This document shows, piece after piece, positions 1-8,976 of a stretch of 64,000 nucleotides of DNA; positions within the stretch are counted from its first letter, which is position 1; the number at the start of each line of letters is the position of its first letter. Source of the DNA: Nanobdellota archaeon (GTDB lineage: Archaea > Nanobdellota > Nanobdellia > Pacearchaeales > GW2011-AR1); the NCBI GenBank assembly GCA_038045825.1, contig JBBSXJ010000001.1, forward strand, positions 6,281-70,280, read 5' to 3'. A model generated the notes under the pieces. The model did no database searches, was not told where the DNA came from, and saw nothing but the letters and a program-made list of their open reading frames with translations. A program made the translations under genes and the position numbers.

Positions 1-1
1 G

Positions 2-1399
2 ATAGCAAAAGATAAGAAGAATTATGGATCAAATATTGAAGGAAAAGGAAAGAAGTTCATGATGGAGTTTTCTCAGCCTAATACTCATAAGGCATTTCAT
101 GTCGGTCATATAAGGGGAACTAGTTTAGGAGAAAGTATTGCTAGAGTACGCGAATTTTCAGGATACAAAGTAATAAGGGCAAATTATTCTGGAGATACTG
201 GAATGCATATTGCAAAGTGGATATGGGCATATAATAAATTCCACAAAGGAGAGAAAATACAAAATAATGAGAGCTGGTTTGCTAAAATATATGTTGAGGC
301 TGTTAAGAATTTGGAAGGAAATGAGAAAGGTGAAGTAGAGGTTTTGGAAATAAATAAGAAACTTGATGAAAAAAGAGATTCTAAACTTTTGAAAATATGG
401 AAAGATACTAGAAGCAAATCAATATCTGCATGGAAACCAATTTATTCTGACTTGGATGTAAAATTTGATGAGCAGTATTTTGAATCTCAAGTTGAAGAAA
501 AAGGAAAGAGAATTGCTTTAGAGTTGGTTAAGAAAGGCCTGGCTGAAATATCTGATGGAGCCACTATAATGAATCTTAAGGATAGGAATCTTGGTGTCTG
601 GATTTTATTAAGAAGAGATGGTACTGTTCTTTATTCTGCTAAAGATATTGCGTTAGCAGAGGAAAAGTTTGCTAAATATTCAATGGATGAATCTCTTGTT
701 ATAACTAATATGGAACAAAATTTGCATTTTCAACAACTAAAAAAAACTTTAGAGCTCATGAAATTCAAGAACTGGGAAAAATATTATCATTTGGGATTTG
801 AATCTGTAAGACTACCTGAAGGAAAGATGTCTTCTAGAACTGGAAATAATATTCTCTATGCAGATTTCAGAAAAGAGCTTGTTTCTGCAGCTAAAGAAGA
901 AATACTGAAGAGAGATAAGATTAGTGATAAGGAATCTGAAGATAGAGCTTTTGCTATTGCAATATCTGCTATAAAATATTCTATGCTTAAACAAGATACA
1001 AATAAAGTAATAATATTCAACAAGGAAGAGGCTATTCGTTTTGAAGGAGATACTGGACCTTATTTACTTTACAGCTATGCTAGGGCTAACAGCATAATTT
1101 CTAAATCTAAACATTCAAAGAACTTTAAAATAGATAAAATAGAGAGTCATGAAAGAGTTTTGATAAATGAACTTGCTCGTTTTCCAGACTTAGTTCTTGA
1201 AAGCTCAAGAACATTTAATGTTAATAGCGTAGCACATTATGCTTATAATTTATCTCAGAAATTCAATGAGTTTTATCATTCTTGTCAAGTTATTGGAAGC
1301 AAGGAAGAAAAATTTAGAGTTGCAATTGTAAATTCTTTTGCTATTGTCTTAGAAAATTCTTTGAAATTACTTGGGATACCTGTTTTAAAACAGATGTAA
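2..1399 (+). CDS. argS: arginyl-tRNA synthetase, 5' end truncated by window edge
   Basis: The frame is open from base 2 ('IAKDKKNYGSNIEGKGKKFMMEFSQPN'). It has the class I aaRS HIGH motif 'HVGHIRG', a KMSKS-like 'MSSRTG', and a C-terminal anticodon-binding region ending in M. Confidence 0.9.
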   Translation: MAKDKKNYGSNIEGKGKKFMMEFSQPNTHKAFHVGHIRGTSLGESIARVREFSGYKVIRANYSGDTGMHIAKWIWAYNKFHKGEKIQNNESWFAKIYVEAVKNLEGNEKGEVEVLEINKKLDEKRDSKLLKIWKDTRSKSISAWKPIYSDLDVKFDEQYFESQVEEKGKRIALELVKKGLAEISDGATIMNLKDRNLGVWILLRRDGTVLYSAKDIALAEEKFAKYSMDESLVITNMEQNLHFQQLKKTLELMKFKNWEKYYHLGFESVRLPEGKMSSRTGNNILYADFRKELVSAAKEEILKRDKISDKESEDRAFAIAISAIKYSMLKQDTNKVIIFNKEEAIRFEGDTGPYLLYSYARANSIISKSKHSKNFKIDKIESHERVLINELARFPDLVLESSRTFNVNSVAHYAYNLSQKFNEFYHSCQVIGSKEEKFRVAIVNSFAIVLENSLKLLGIPVLKQM

Positions 1400-1438
1400 A
1401 TTTTAGGTAATAATATTTAAATACAGAGATAAATTTTT

Positions 1439-1609
1439 ATGAATCCAATGAAGATAGAATACATTTTAATGATAAATACAGTTATATTTGCAATTGTATT
1501 AATAGTTCTTCTAGTACTCTCAGGAAAGAAAGGCAACAAGAAACAAAGAAAAGTCATGAGCAAAGAAATGCGTAAAATTAAAGATCAGATTTCTGAAAAT
1601 AGCGAATAG
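1439..1609 (+). CDS. small single-TM protein (56 aa), hypothetical
   Basis: I read this ATG..TAG ORF myself; it is below the track cut-off. Product: 'MNPMKIEYILMINTVIFAIVLIVLLVLSGKKGNKKQRKVMSKEMRKIKDQISENSE', a hydrophobic helix followed by a basic tail. Confidence 0.3.
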   Translation: MNPMKIEYILMINTVIFAIVLIVLLVLSGKKGNKKQRKVMSKEMRKIKDQISENSE

Positions 1610-1640
1610 TTAGTCTTAAAAAGCTTCTAAACTCCAAATC

Positions 1641-1900
1641 GCTGTAGGCGAGTTGGCGCGTTAGCCCTGCGCTGTTACACCTGCGGGCTTCAAGTGAACT
1701 TAAAGGAGTGCGTGAAACGAACAAACTCTCGTCTTTTACCAGACGTTGAGGATTTGTCCTGTTCGACCGTGCTCCTGTGAAATGGGTCAGGCCTTGATCG
1801 GAGCAGCCCTAAGCAGAAGCCTCGGTGCTTGCAGAAAACAATTCCGAGGATGGTGGAAGGTCAAACGAGTTTTTGACGTCAAGCAAGCTCCCCGCCTACA
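1641..1900 (+). ncRNA. signal recognition particle RNA (7S/SRP RNA)
   Basis: This is a GC-rich island in AT-rich DNA with no credible ORF. A terminal helix pairs 'tgtaggcg' (1644-1651) with 'cgcctaca' (1893-1900). A helix-8-like motif 'GGTCAGGCC...GGAGCAGCCCTAAGCAG' resembles the universal SRP 'GGUCAGGUCC-GGAA-GGAAGCAGCC'. A 5' Alu-like 'GCGCTGTTACACCTGCGGGC' is present. A TTTTT run follows at 1901-1905, and a TTAAAAA TATA-like box lies at 1616-1622. Confidence 0.72.
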
Positions 1901-1942
1901 TTTTTAGTAATCATTTAAAAACTTCTTTCTCTTTCCAACTTT

Positions 1943-2464
1943 ATGAACAAAAGAGGACAGGTGTTTTTGATGGCTGCGCTTATAATTGCAGGAATACTAA
2001 TAAGTCTTGTGAGAATATCAAATCAAAGTACTGCGAGAGATGAACCAGAAGCTTTTTTTGATTTAAGCGATGAAATAAGCTTTGAAACTAAAAGAGTTTT
2101 AGATTATGGAGTAATTAATGCTGAACCAAACATCAGCGGACTTGCATCTCAATTGTTGAGTAATTATAGTGAAGCCATAGGAGATCAAGATGTAGCTTTT
2201 GTATATGGTAATCCTGCCACTGGAATTTATGCTTATTATTATAACAATGTACAAGTTATTGGAGTTACTCTTTTTAATGGAATAGCTGTGCCAATTACAA
2301 TACAAAGCGGTAGTCAAATTGTGGCAAATTATTCCAGCACAGCAAATACTGTTACAATAAGAATTGATGGTGTGGATTATGTTTTTAATTTAAAACCTGG
2401 GCAGAATTTTTACTTTGTATTAGCTAAAGATGAAGAAGGAGAGAAATTTGTTACCGTTGAATAA
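1943..2464 (+). CDS. archaeal type IV pilin-like protein (class III signal peptide)
   Basis: The N-terminus 'MNKRGQ|VFLMAALIIAGILISLV' has a short basic leader, a G/Q cleavage context and a hydrophobic helix. It is the first gene of the pilin cluster. Confidence 0.6.
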   Translation: MNKRGQVFLMAALIIAGILISLVRISNQSTARDEPEAFFDLSDEISFETKRVLDYGVINAEPNISGLASQLLSNYSEAIGDQDVAFVYGNPATGIYAYYYNNVQVIGVTLFNGIAVPITIQSGSQIVANYSSTANTVTIRIDGVDYVFNLKPGQNFYFVLAKDEEGEKFVTVE

Positions 2465-2951
2465 AAAAGGTGTAAGTATAATGGTGGGGTATGTTTTGTT
2501 GATAGCAATTGCAGTATCTCTTTCTACTGCTGTATTCTTTTATTTGAAGCTTTATTTGCCAGATGAAAGGCCCGAGTGTAATGTTGATATTAAACTTACA
2601 ATAGATTCTGTTAGTTGTAAATGGAATCGGCCTATTAATCCAGATTCAGTTAATATTAGATTGGATGTTACAAACAGAGGATTGTTTAAAATTGAAGGCG
2701 CTTATGTAAAAATAGGAGATTATGATAGAGCATATAGAGATGATTTGAATCCTAGTTTGGCTCTAGCATCTTTATGTAATGGTGGCTCTCCTGTCTTAAA
2801 TCCGGGAGAGAAATACTGCGAGGTACTTCCTTATAATCTTGTTCCAATAAAGGTTCAAGAGATAAGTGTGCAGCCAATTGTTTGGATAGATAACAAACCA
2901 ATATTATGTCCTGATGCTATTGCTTCAAAGACAATTACTTGTATACCTTAA
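2430..2951 (+). CDS. archaeal type IV pilin-like protein
   Basis: Class III signal 'NKKGVS IMVGYVLLIAIAVSLS'. An alternative in-frame TTG start at 2457 would give 'MNKKGVS...'. It overlaps the stop of the upstream gene. Confidence 0.6.
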   Translation: MKKERNLLPLNKKGVSIMVGYVLLIAIAVSLSTAVFFYLKLYLPDERPECNVDIKLTIDSVSCKWNRPINPDSVNIRLDVTNRGLFKIEGAYVKIGDYDRAYRDDLNPSLALASLCNGGSPVLNPGEKYCEVLPYNLVPIKVQEISVQPIVWIDNKPILCPDAIASKTITCIP

Positions 2952-2995
2952 TAAAAAAAGTCAACATATAAAAACAGATATAATCTTTTCTTTAT

Positions 2996-3487
2996 ATGTT
3001 CAAAAAGGGTGTTAGTCCTGTTGTTGCTACTGTTCTTCTTATTGTAATAGTGATTGTTCTTGCTACTATAATATTCATATGGGCTAAAGGATTTTTATCT
3101 GAAAGTGCTACTAAAGGAGATAGAGTTGTTGAGAGTTCTTGTGAAGATGTTAATTTTAAAGTTCAAATTGCTTCTAGTGCAAGCCAGTGCAGTAGTGGAA
3201 GTGGTTGGGCTATAGATATAAACAACATAGGGAATGTTCCAATATACGGCATTAAAGTTCTGAAGTATGATGATTCAACTGGAAGTATTGACGATTTGGC
3301 TCTTGCTGATGAGACTTTTGTTGGAGGAACGGTTACTGTTGGAAGATCTTCTTATGTTTGTATGACTGGTACATTAAACGGTGGAGATAAATTCAGAATA
3401 ATACCTAAGCTTCTTGCAGAGAAAGATAGTAGAAAGATTGCTTATACATGTCCTGAAAAAGATGGACAGACTATTGTTTATACTTAA
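2996..3487 (+). CDS. archaeal type IV pilin (archaellin N-terminal-like domain)
   Basis: Canonical archaeal prepilin N-terminus 'MFKKGVSPVVATVLLIVIVIVLATIIF'. Confidence 0.8.
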   Translation: MFKKGVSPVVATVLLIVIVIVLATIIFIWAKGFLSESATKGDRVVESSCEDVNFKVQIASSASQCSSGSGWAIDINNIGNVPIYGIKVLKYDDSTGSIDDLALADETFVGGTVTVGRSSYVCMTGTLNGGDKFRIIPKLLAEKDSRKIAYTCPEKDGQTIVYT

Positions 3488-3533
3488 TTTAATTAATTGA
3501 AAAGGTATATAAAAAGAGGTTCTGATAAATATC

Positions 3534-4058
3534 TTGATGGTGATGATTGATTCTAGAAAGGGTGTTAGTCCTGTTGTTGCTACTGTTTTACTTCTTGTTT
3601 TAACAATAGTAATAGGCGGAATAGTATTTTCTGTAGTGATACCTTTTGTAAATGATTCTCTTGGAGAAAGCAAGGAATGTCTTGATATTTTTGAAGGAGT
3701 TGAATTCCCTGAAAGCCAATTTAACTGTTATTTGTCTGCTACTTCTGGAAATGAAACTGGTTTTTCTATAAAAGTTAATAAGGAAGGAATATCAAGGGTC
3801 AGAGTTGGTTTGATAGATGGTGATGGCAACTCTGATGTTTTTGAGATATACGAAGGAGCTTCTGATGCAAATTTGAGGCCTATGGGTGGCGCACTAGCTG
3901 AAGCACTTACATTTCCTGCTATAAGTGGTCAGAGAACATATGTTGTGAATAAATTGTACAAGAAGGCCGAGATATCTGCTTTGACAACTTCAGGAGATGT
4001 TTGTTCTGTTGCAGACATTATTGAATTTGAGCCTTGTATAGGCGTCACATTCCCATGA
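3534..4058 (+). CDS. archaeal type IV pilin (archaellin N-terminal-like domain)
   Basis: 'SRKGVSPVVATVLLLVLTIVIGGIVF'. It is a paralogue of the 2996 gene at the N-terminus. Confidence 0.8.
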   Translation: MMVMIDSRKGVSPVVATVLLLVLTIVIGGIVFSVVIPFVNDSLGESKECLDIFEGVEFPESQFNCYLSATSGNETGFSIKVNKEGISRVRVGLIDGDGNSDVFEIYEGASDANLRPMGGALAEALTFPAISGQRTYVVNKLYKKAEISALTTSGDVCSVADIIEFEPCIGVTFP

Positions 4059-4597
4059 TTATAAACAAACACTTTGACATAAGGGGTCAGATATGGGTTG
4101 AGACAGTAATATACACATTAATCGGATTGGCATTGATAGGATTGACTTTAGCTATACTGACTCCTCAGATAAGAGAATTTAGGGATAGAAGTGTAATTGA
4201 ACAGACAATAGAATCGCTTAATACTTTTGACTCTAAAGTCATAGAAATTCTTGATGCTCCTGGAAATAAGAGGAAGATTACATTCAGATTAGATAGAGGG
4301 GAAATAATTGTTGATTCTTTTGATAATGAAGTTAGATATATTCTTGATGGGTCTAATGTAAGATATTCAGAACCAGGGGTTGAATTGAATATTGGTAGAA
4401 TAAGAGTACTTACAGAAGAACTTACTGAAAAATATAAAATAATATTGTCTTTGCCTTATTTACATAATATTACTTATGATGGGGCTGATAGAGATAACGA
4501 AACATTCTCTCCTGTAAGTATACCTTACGAATTCTTTGTTGAAAACAAGGGAAAGATTAACAATAAAATATGGATAGACATCACAGAGGGTTCTTAG
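4034..4597 (+). CDS. pilin-like / pilus minor subunit-like protein
   Basis: The likely start is the ATG at 4055, an ATGA overlap with the upstream stop, giving 'MIINKHFDIRGQ|IWVETVIYTLIGLALIGLTLAIL'. Confidence 0.55.
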   Translation: MYRRHIPMIINKHFDIRGQIWVETVIYTLIGLALIGLTLAILTPQIREFRDRSVIEQTIESLNTFDSKVIEILDAPGNKRKITFRLDRGEIIVDSFDNEVRYILDGSNVRYSEPGVELNIGRIRVLTEELTEKYKIILSLPYLHNITYDGADRDNETFSPVSIPYEFFVENKGKINNKIWIDITEGS

Positions 4598-4611
4598 TAT
4601 GATAGATTTAA

Positions 4612-6168
4612 ATGCATTTAGAGTTTTATTATTTAAGAGGTGTGAATATGATAAGCATTAATCCCAATCCCGTTGTACCTGTATTGCCTAAAATAACTGA
4701 CAGGACTAAAATTGATGTAAGGTATGCTTTGATACAACCATTTGCAAATGCACATATTTACTGGGATGAAGAAGCTGGAGATTTAGTCTATGACGTTGAA
4801 GAGCCTTTACTGAAAGATGAAGATAAAGAGACTATAAGGAAATTGGAAGATGCTATGATTGAATTGATCAATGTGAATGTAGTTACTGAAAAAACTCCCG
4901 ATAAAATAATGGAATACGTTGATAAAACTGCGAAATTCCTTATAAGTGAACTAAACTTGAAAATAGAAGAAGGAAGTTATGAGAAAATATTTTATTATCT
5001 GTATAGAGACTTTGTTGGATTCAATGAGATAGAACCATTGTTAAGAGATTATTTTATTGAAGATATAGAATGCAATGGTGCTAATACTCCCATATATGTA
5101 GTTCATAGAAATTATCATAATATAAGAACAACATTAAGATTTAAAGAATTAGATAATCTTTCTAGTTTTGTTGAGAAACTAGCACAGAGAAGTGGGAAGT
5201 ATGTTTCTTATTCTGAACCATTGCTTGATGGAACTCTTCCGGATGGAAGCAGAGTTAACGCAACTTATACCCAAGATGTTACTTCTAAAGGTCCTACATT
5301 CACAATACGTAAATTTACTAAAATACCATGGACACCAATACAATTAATTTCATTTAATACTCTTAGTCCTGAGATGCTTGCTTATTTCTGGATGCTTGTG
5401 CAGTATAAATCAAATATATTCATTGCTGGAGGAACCGCATCTGGAAAAACAACTCTTCTTAATGCTATTGCATTTTTCATTCCCCCTGAATCTCACGTTG
5501 TAAGTATTGAGGATACTAGAGAACTTAATTTACCTAGAGAGAACTGGATTCCTGCAGTTGCAAGAGTTGCAATGAGTAAAGGAGGGGTTGGGGAAATAGA
5601 TTTATTTGACTTGCTTAAGAACTCATTCAGACAGAATCCAAATTATGTTATTGTAGGAGAAGTTAGAGGTAGGGAGGCTTTTGTATTGTTCCAAGGAATG
5701 GCATCTGGACATCCTTCAATAAGTACAATGCACGCAGATTCTGTTGATACTCTGATTAAAAGGTTGGAAACTCCCCCTATTGAATTATCACCAACTCTTG
5801 TAAACTCCCTTGATTGTGTTGCAATAATGACTCACGCTTTGATAAAAAAGAATGAAACTAGAAGGTTAAGAGAAATTGTAGAAATAGTTAATGTTAAAGG
5901 TGATGGGATGGTAATGGTAAATACCCCGTTTGTATGGAATCCTGCACAAGATACTTTTTATTTCAAAAAAGAAAGCAAGGTCTTTGAAAAAATATCTATA
6001 AGATATGGTTTGACAATTGAAGAGTTGCAGAAAGAATTTTTGAATAGGAGCAAACTGATATATGAACTTTACAGAAGAAAGATATTTGGATTTGATGAGG
6101 TAAGAAAAATAGTTGTAGACTACTATAGAAATTCAAAGACTGTTCTTGAGAAATTTGGCATAAATTAG
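4612..6168 (+). CDS. type IV pilus/archaellum-family assembly ATPase (FlaI/PilB/VirB11 superfamily)
   Basis: Walker A 'AGGTASGKTT', 'IEDTRELNL', Walker B/Asp box 'NPNYVIVGEVRGREA' and His box 'GHPSISTMHA'. Confidence 0.9.
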   Translation: MHLEFYYLRGVNMISINPNPVVPVLPKITDRTKIDVRYALIQPFANAHIYWDEEAGDLVYDVEEPLLKDEDKETIRKLEDAMIELINVNVVTEKTPDKIMEYVDKTAKFLISELNLKIEEGSYEKIFYYLYRDFVGFNEIEPLLRDYFIEDIECNGANTPIYVVHRNYHNIRTTLRFKELDNLSSFVEKLAQRSGKYVSYSEPLLDGTLPDGSRVNATYTQDVTSKGPTFTIRKFTKIPWTPIQLISFNTLSPEMLAYFWMLVQYKSNIFIAGGTASGKTTLLNAIAFFIPPESHVVSIEDTRELNLPRENWIPAVARVAMSKGGVGEIDLFDLLKNSFRQNPNYVIVGEVRGREAFVLFQGMASGHPSISTMHADSVDTLIKRLETPPIELSPTLVNSLDCVAIMTHALIKKNETRRLREIVEIVNVKGDGMVMVNTPFVWNPAQDTFYFKKESKVFEKISIRYGLTIEELQKEFLNRSKLIYELYRRKIFGFDEVRKIVVDYYRNSKTVLEKFGIN

Positions 6169-6198
6169 ATATATAAAGCAATTTTCATTCGTATTATA

Positions 6199-6360
6199 AT
6201 GAAAAAAGAGGATGTATTTTTGGTATATAAGATGCTTGTCCAAATGAAAGATTTGTCTGAAAGACTTGAAGATTCATTGAAAAAACAGGATTTTATTAAA
6301 GTCTCACAATTAAAACAAAAAATGCTCGAAATGCAGAGGAGCCTCGCTAAAATATTATGA
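6199..6360 (+). CDS. small coiled-coil protein (53 aa), hypothetical
   Basis: I read this ORF myself: 'MKKEDVFLVYKMLVQMKDLSERLEDSLKKQDFIKVSQLKQKMLEMQRSLAKIL'. Its stop overlaps the ATG of the platform gene (ATGA at 6357-6360). Confidence 0.35.
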   Translation: MKKEDVFLVYKMLVQMKDLSERLEDSLKKQDFIKVSQLKQKMLEMQRSLAKIL

Positions 6361-7670
6361 TTATTGAAAGTTTGAAGGCAAATATAGATACTGAAATAAA
6401 CATGATTCGCGAGCTTGATAAGATTTATTCTTTAGAGGCACAATTTGATGCAGAAGAAACTAGAATATACTTTAAAATTGCAGAGTCATTGGCAAGAAGA
6501 GTATCCATACTTAATGATAGTATTCCAGATATACTTGATAAAATAGGAACTGATTCTATTTCAAATAAAAGAGAGGAGGAACCTAAAGGGCTTGAGATTG
6601 TTCAGATAAAGCCTCTTAATACTACTAAAAAAGAGGTTGCAGTTATTGTTTCAGAGAGAAATAGAACTGAGTTCTTAAAAGAATTAAATATTGACTCTCA
6701 GCTAATTAAAAAGATAAAAAAGAGGCAAAAAGAAAAGCCAAAGAAGCTTGAGAAATTTAATACAACAAACTGGTATGGTAAATTTGCCAACAAGGTATTT
6801 TTTAACTTCTCTCAGAAGCTTGTAAGTGAGGGATCATTCAAATCATTGATACTTGATATAAGAAAGAGCAATTTGAACATACTTTCAACAACTTATTTGT
6901 CGATGATGTTTATGACGATAGTGCTTGCATCTATTCTTGGTGTATTTGTAATGATATTCTTTCTATTTTTTAGTTTTGATTTTCTCAATTTATCAATAGA
7001 AGTTTATTCTGGGTCATACCTGTTAAGATTTGTGAAAATATTATGGGTTTTATTAGCAGTTCCTGGGTTAGCTTTTTTAGTTTTATATTCATATCCAGCT
7101 GCTGAAAAGAAATCAACCGCTGGAAAAATAAATCAAGAAATTCCTTTTGTAGTTATTCATATGGCATCTATTTCGGGAAGTGGTATTGAACCAGTTGAAT
7201 TATTTAGAATAATTGCAACAAGCAAAGAGTATGAATTTGCTGGAAATGAGTTTACCAAAATATTGAATCAAACAAATCTTTACGGATACGATTTAAGCAC
7301 TGCTTTAAGAAATGTTTCTTTATCCACTCCCAGCTCTAAATTTTCAGAGCTGCTTAATGGAATGGCAGTCACAATAAACTCTGGGGGGGACATGAAAAAA
7401 TTCTTTGAGAAGAGAGCTGAAAGTTTATTGCTTGAATATAGACTTGAAAGAGAGAAAGCAAATAAATCTGCTGAGACATTCATGGACTTATATATTAGTA
7501 TTGTAATTGCTACACCTATGATAATGGTAATGCTTCTTGTTATAATATCTATATCTAAAATAAGCACGGGGTTCAATCCCACTCAGATGACTACTGCAAT
7601 TATTGGTTTAGTTGCTATTGTAAATGTAATATTTATTGCATTTCTGCATATGAAACAACCCAACTACTAA
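6357..7670 (+). CDS. FlaJ/TadC/PilC-family pilus platform membrane protein, first half
   Basis: It has an N-terminal cytoplasmic coiled-coil region followed by a polytopic membrane T2SS-F-like domain. It lies immediately downstream of the ATPase, as in archaeal pilus and archaellum loci. Confidence 0.65.
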   Translation: MIIESLKANIDTEINMIRELDKIYSLEAQFDAEETRIYFKIAESLARRVSILNDSIPDILDKIGTDSISNKREEEPKGLEIVQIKPLNTTKKEVAVIVSERNRTEFLKELNIDSQLIKKIKKRQKEKPKKLEKFNTTNWYGKFANKVFFNFSQKLVSEGSFKSLILDIRKSNLNILSTTYLSMMFMTIVLASILGVFVMIFFLFFSFDFLNLSIEVYSGSYLLRFVKILWVLLAVPGLAFLVLYSYPAAEKKSTAGKINQEIPFVVIHMASISGSGIEPVELFRIIATSKEYEFAGNEFTKILNQTNLYGYDLSTALRNVSLSTPSSKFSELLNGMAVTINSGGDMKKFFEKRAESLLLEYRLEREKANKSAETFMDLYISIVIATPMIMVMLLVIISISKISTGFNPTQMTTAIIGLVAIVNVIFIAFLHMKQPNY

Positions 7671-7672
7671 AA

Positions 7673-8044
7673 ATGAATATCAAACAAATAAAAGAAGTAA
7701 TGAAAAAATATGGAAAAGCTTGGATTAATCAAGATACTGATTTATTAATATCTTGCTTTTCTGAGAAAGGAATTTATCTTGAGAGCCCTATATCAAAACC
7801 ATACAAAGGACATAAAGAGATTGCTAACTTCTGGAACAATACTGTTGTTAAAGAAACTGAAAGCATTAAATTTAGATTAAAGAAGTGCTATATATCAAAT
7901 GACAAAATAACAGGATTTGCAGAATGGGAGTGTGAAAATCTTTACAAAAAAAAGAAAAATATTATGGCCGGAATTATGTTAATTAATATGAAAGGGGGCA
8001 AAATAACTTACTTAAATGAGTACTGGAACACTAAAATAAAATGA
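7673..8044 (+). CDS. SnoaL/NTF2-like fold small protein
   Basis: 'VMKKYGKAWINQDTDLLISCFSEKGIY...GHKEIANFWN...GFAEWECE' fits the SnoaL-like polyketide cyclase / NTF2 pattern. It is tightly packed between the two platform genes. Confidence 0.5.
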   Translation: MNIKQIKEVMKKYGKAWINQDTDLLISCFSEKGIYLESPISKPYKGHKEIANFWNNTVVKETESIKFRLKKCYISNDKITGFAEWECENLYKKKKNIMAGIMLINMKGGKITYLNEYWNTKIK

Positions 8045-8886
8045 TACTAAAAAAGGCAAACTGGATAGGAATAATATTTGGATTAATATTAATAATAGTT
8101 GATTTTATATTCTTTTTTGGAGAGAATTTATTCTATTTTCTTATTGGAATAGCAATGGCTGTTATTGCGCTTCCTTTTGTTGTAACTACAATATTTGAAA
8201 CTAATCTTGAAAAAGAAAAGAATGAGCAATTCTTGGAATTCGCAAGAGCTCTGGCTGAAAATGTTAAGGGTGGAACCCCTATAGGACAGAGTATCAAAAA
8301 TATGAGAAATAAGAATTTTGGTTCACTTACTGAAAATATAGGAAAACTTGCGAATCAAATGTCTATTGGAATTCCTATGAGCAAAGCGTTGCACACTTTT
8401 GCTGAAGATATTGGAAGCGTTACTGTAAAGAGAGCTATTTCATTGATTAAAGAGGCTGAGATGGCTGGAGGAAAGATAGATGATATTTTAGATTCGGTGG
8501 CCTCATCCATTTATCAAATTGAAAAGTTAAAGAAAGAAAGAAGTGCAGCAATATCTTCTCTTGTTGTACAGGGATACATAATATTCTTTATATTCATAGG
8601 AATAATGCTTGTAATGCAGTTCAAGATAATTCCTTTAACTGATCAAGTAAATAGTGTTGGGGGTCTTGAAGGGATAGGTGGGGGGATAGGAGCTTCCAGC
8701 GGAGAAGGATTCTCAACAGATGATTTATCAAGGCCATTATTATGGATGCTTCTTCTTCAAGGATTATTTAGCGGACTTGCAATAGGAAAGTTATCTGAAG
8801 GGTCTGTAAAGGCAGGAGTCAAACATTCTTTTGTTATGGTAATTGCTGCTTTCTTGATATCTACAGGTGCCAAGTTATTCCTTTAG
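8041..8886 (+). CDS. FlaJ/TadC/PilC-family pilus platform membrane protein, second half
   Basis: It has two N-terminal TM helices, a cytoplasmic T2SS-F-like helical domain ('FLEFARALAENVKGGTPIGQSI...') and C-terminal TM helices. There is an ATGA overlap with the upstream gene. Confidence 0.65.
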   Translation: MILKKANWIGIIFGLILIIVDFIFFFGENLFYFLIGIAMAVIALPFVVTTIFETNLEKEKNEQFLEFARALAENVKGGTPIGQSIKNMRNKNFGSLTENIGKLANQMSIGIPMSKALHTFAEDIGSVTVKRAISLIKEAEMAGGKIDDILDSVASSIYQIEKLKKERSAAISSLVVQGYIIFFIFIGIMLVMQFKIIPLTDQVNSVGGLEGIGGGIGASSGEGFSTDDLSRPLLWMLLLQGLFSGLAIGKLSEGSVKAGVKHSFVMVIAAFLISTGAKLFL

Positions 8887-8890
8887 TTCA

Positions 8891-8902
8891 CGGCCCGCGC
8901 AT
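8891..8902 (+). repeat. 12-bp GC-rich core repeat copy 1 (cggcccgcgcat), candidate recombination (att) core
   Basis: Exact 12-mer, beginning 5 nt after the stop of the platform gene. Together with the preceding A it makes a 13-mer identical to copy 3. Confidence 0.85.
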
Positions 8903-8976
8903 TTGGAAGTTTTGTCTAATTTCTCGAGCAATCAATTTAAATCTAAATATAAAGAATGTTTCTTGATTTGATATCT

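Noticed and set aside
184-994. Antisense ORFs within argS (184-417 and 812-994). Many similar 60-100 aa antisense or alternate-frame ORFs occur throughout the track, for example 3374-3673, 14126-14596, 21875-22186, 34194-34490, 38305-38619, 38807-39013, 41452-41865, 54149-54466, 56816-57103, 59098-59340 and 61039-61422.
   Set aside because: Each is fully contained in a longer ORF that has clear family motifs or better coding features. The translations are Ser/Leu/Phe/Ile-rich junk with no motifs.
1641-1900. Alternative call as RNase P RNA (contains 'gaggatttgtcc' and 'gcagaaaaca', vaguely like CR-I/CR-V)
   Set aside because: The 'GGTCAGG...GGAGCAGCC' helix-8 motif, the Alu-like 'TGTTAC' element and the ~260-nt rod-like terminal pairing fit SRP RNA better. 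The RNase P P4 consensus 'GAGGAAAGUCC' is not matched.
1825-2043. 72-aa ORF in the track overlapping the 3' part of the GC-rich region
   Set aside because: It lies across the predicted SRP RNA, with its helix-8 motif and terminal helix, and runs into the first pilin gene. The open frame is best explained by the GC-rich RNA gene, not by coding.
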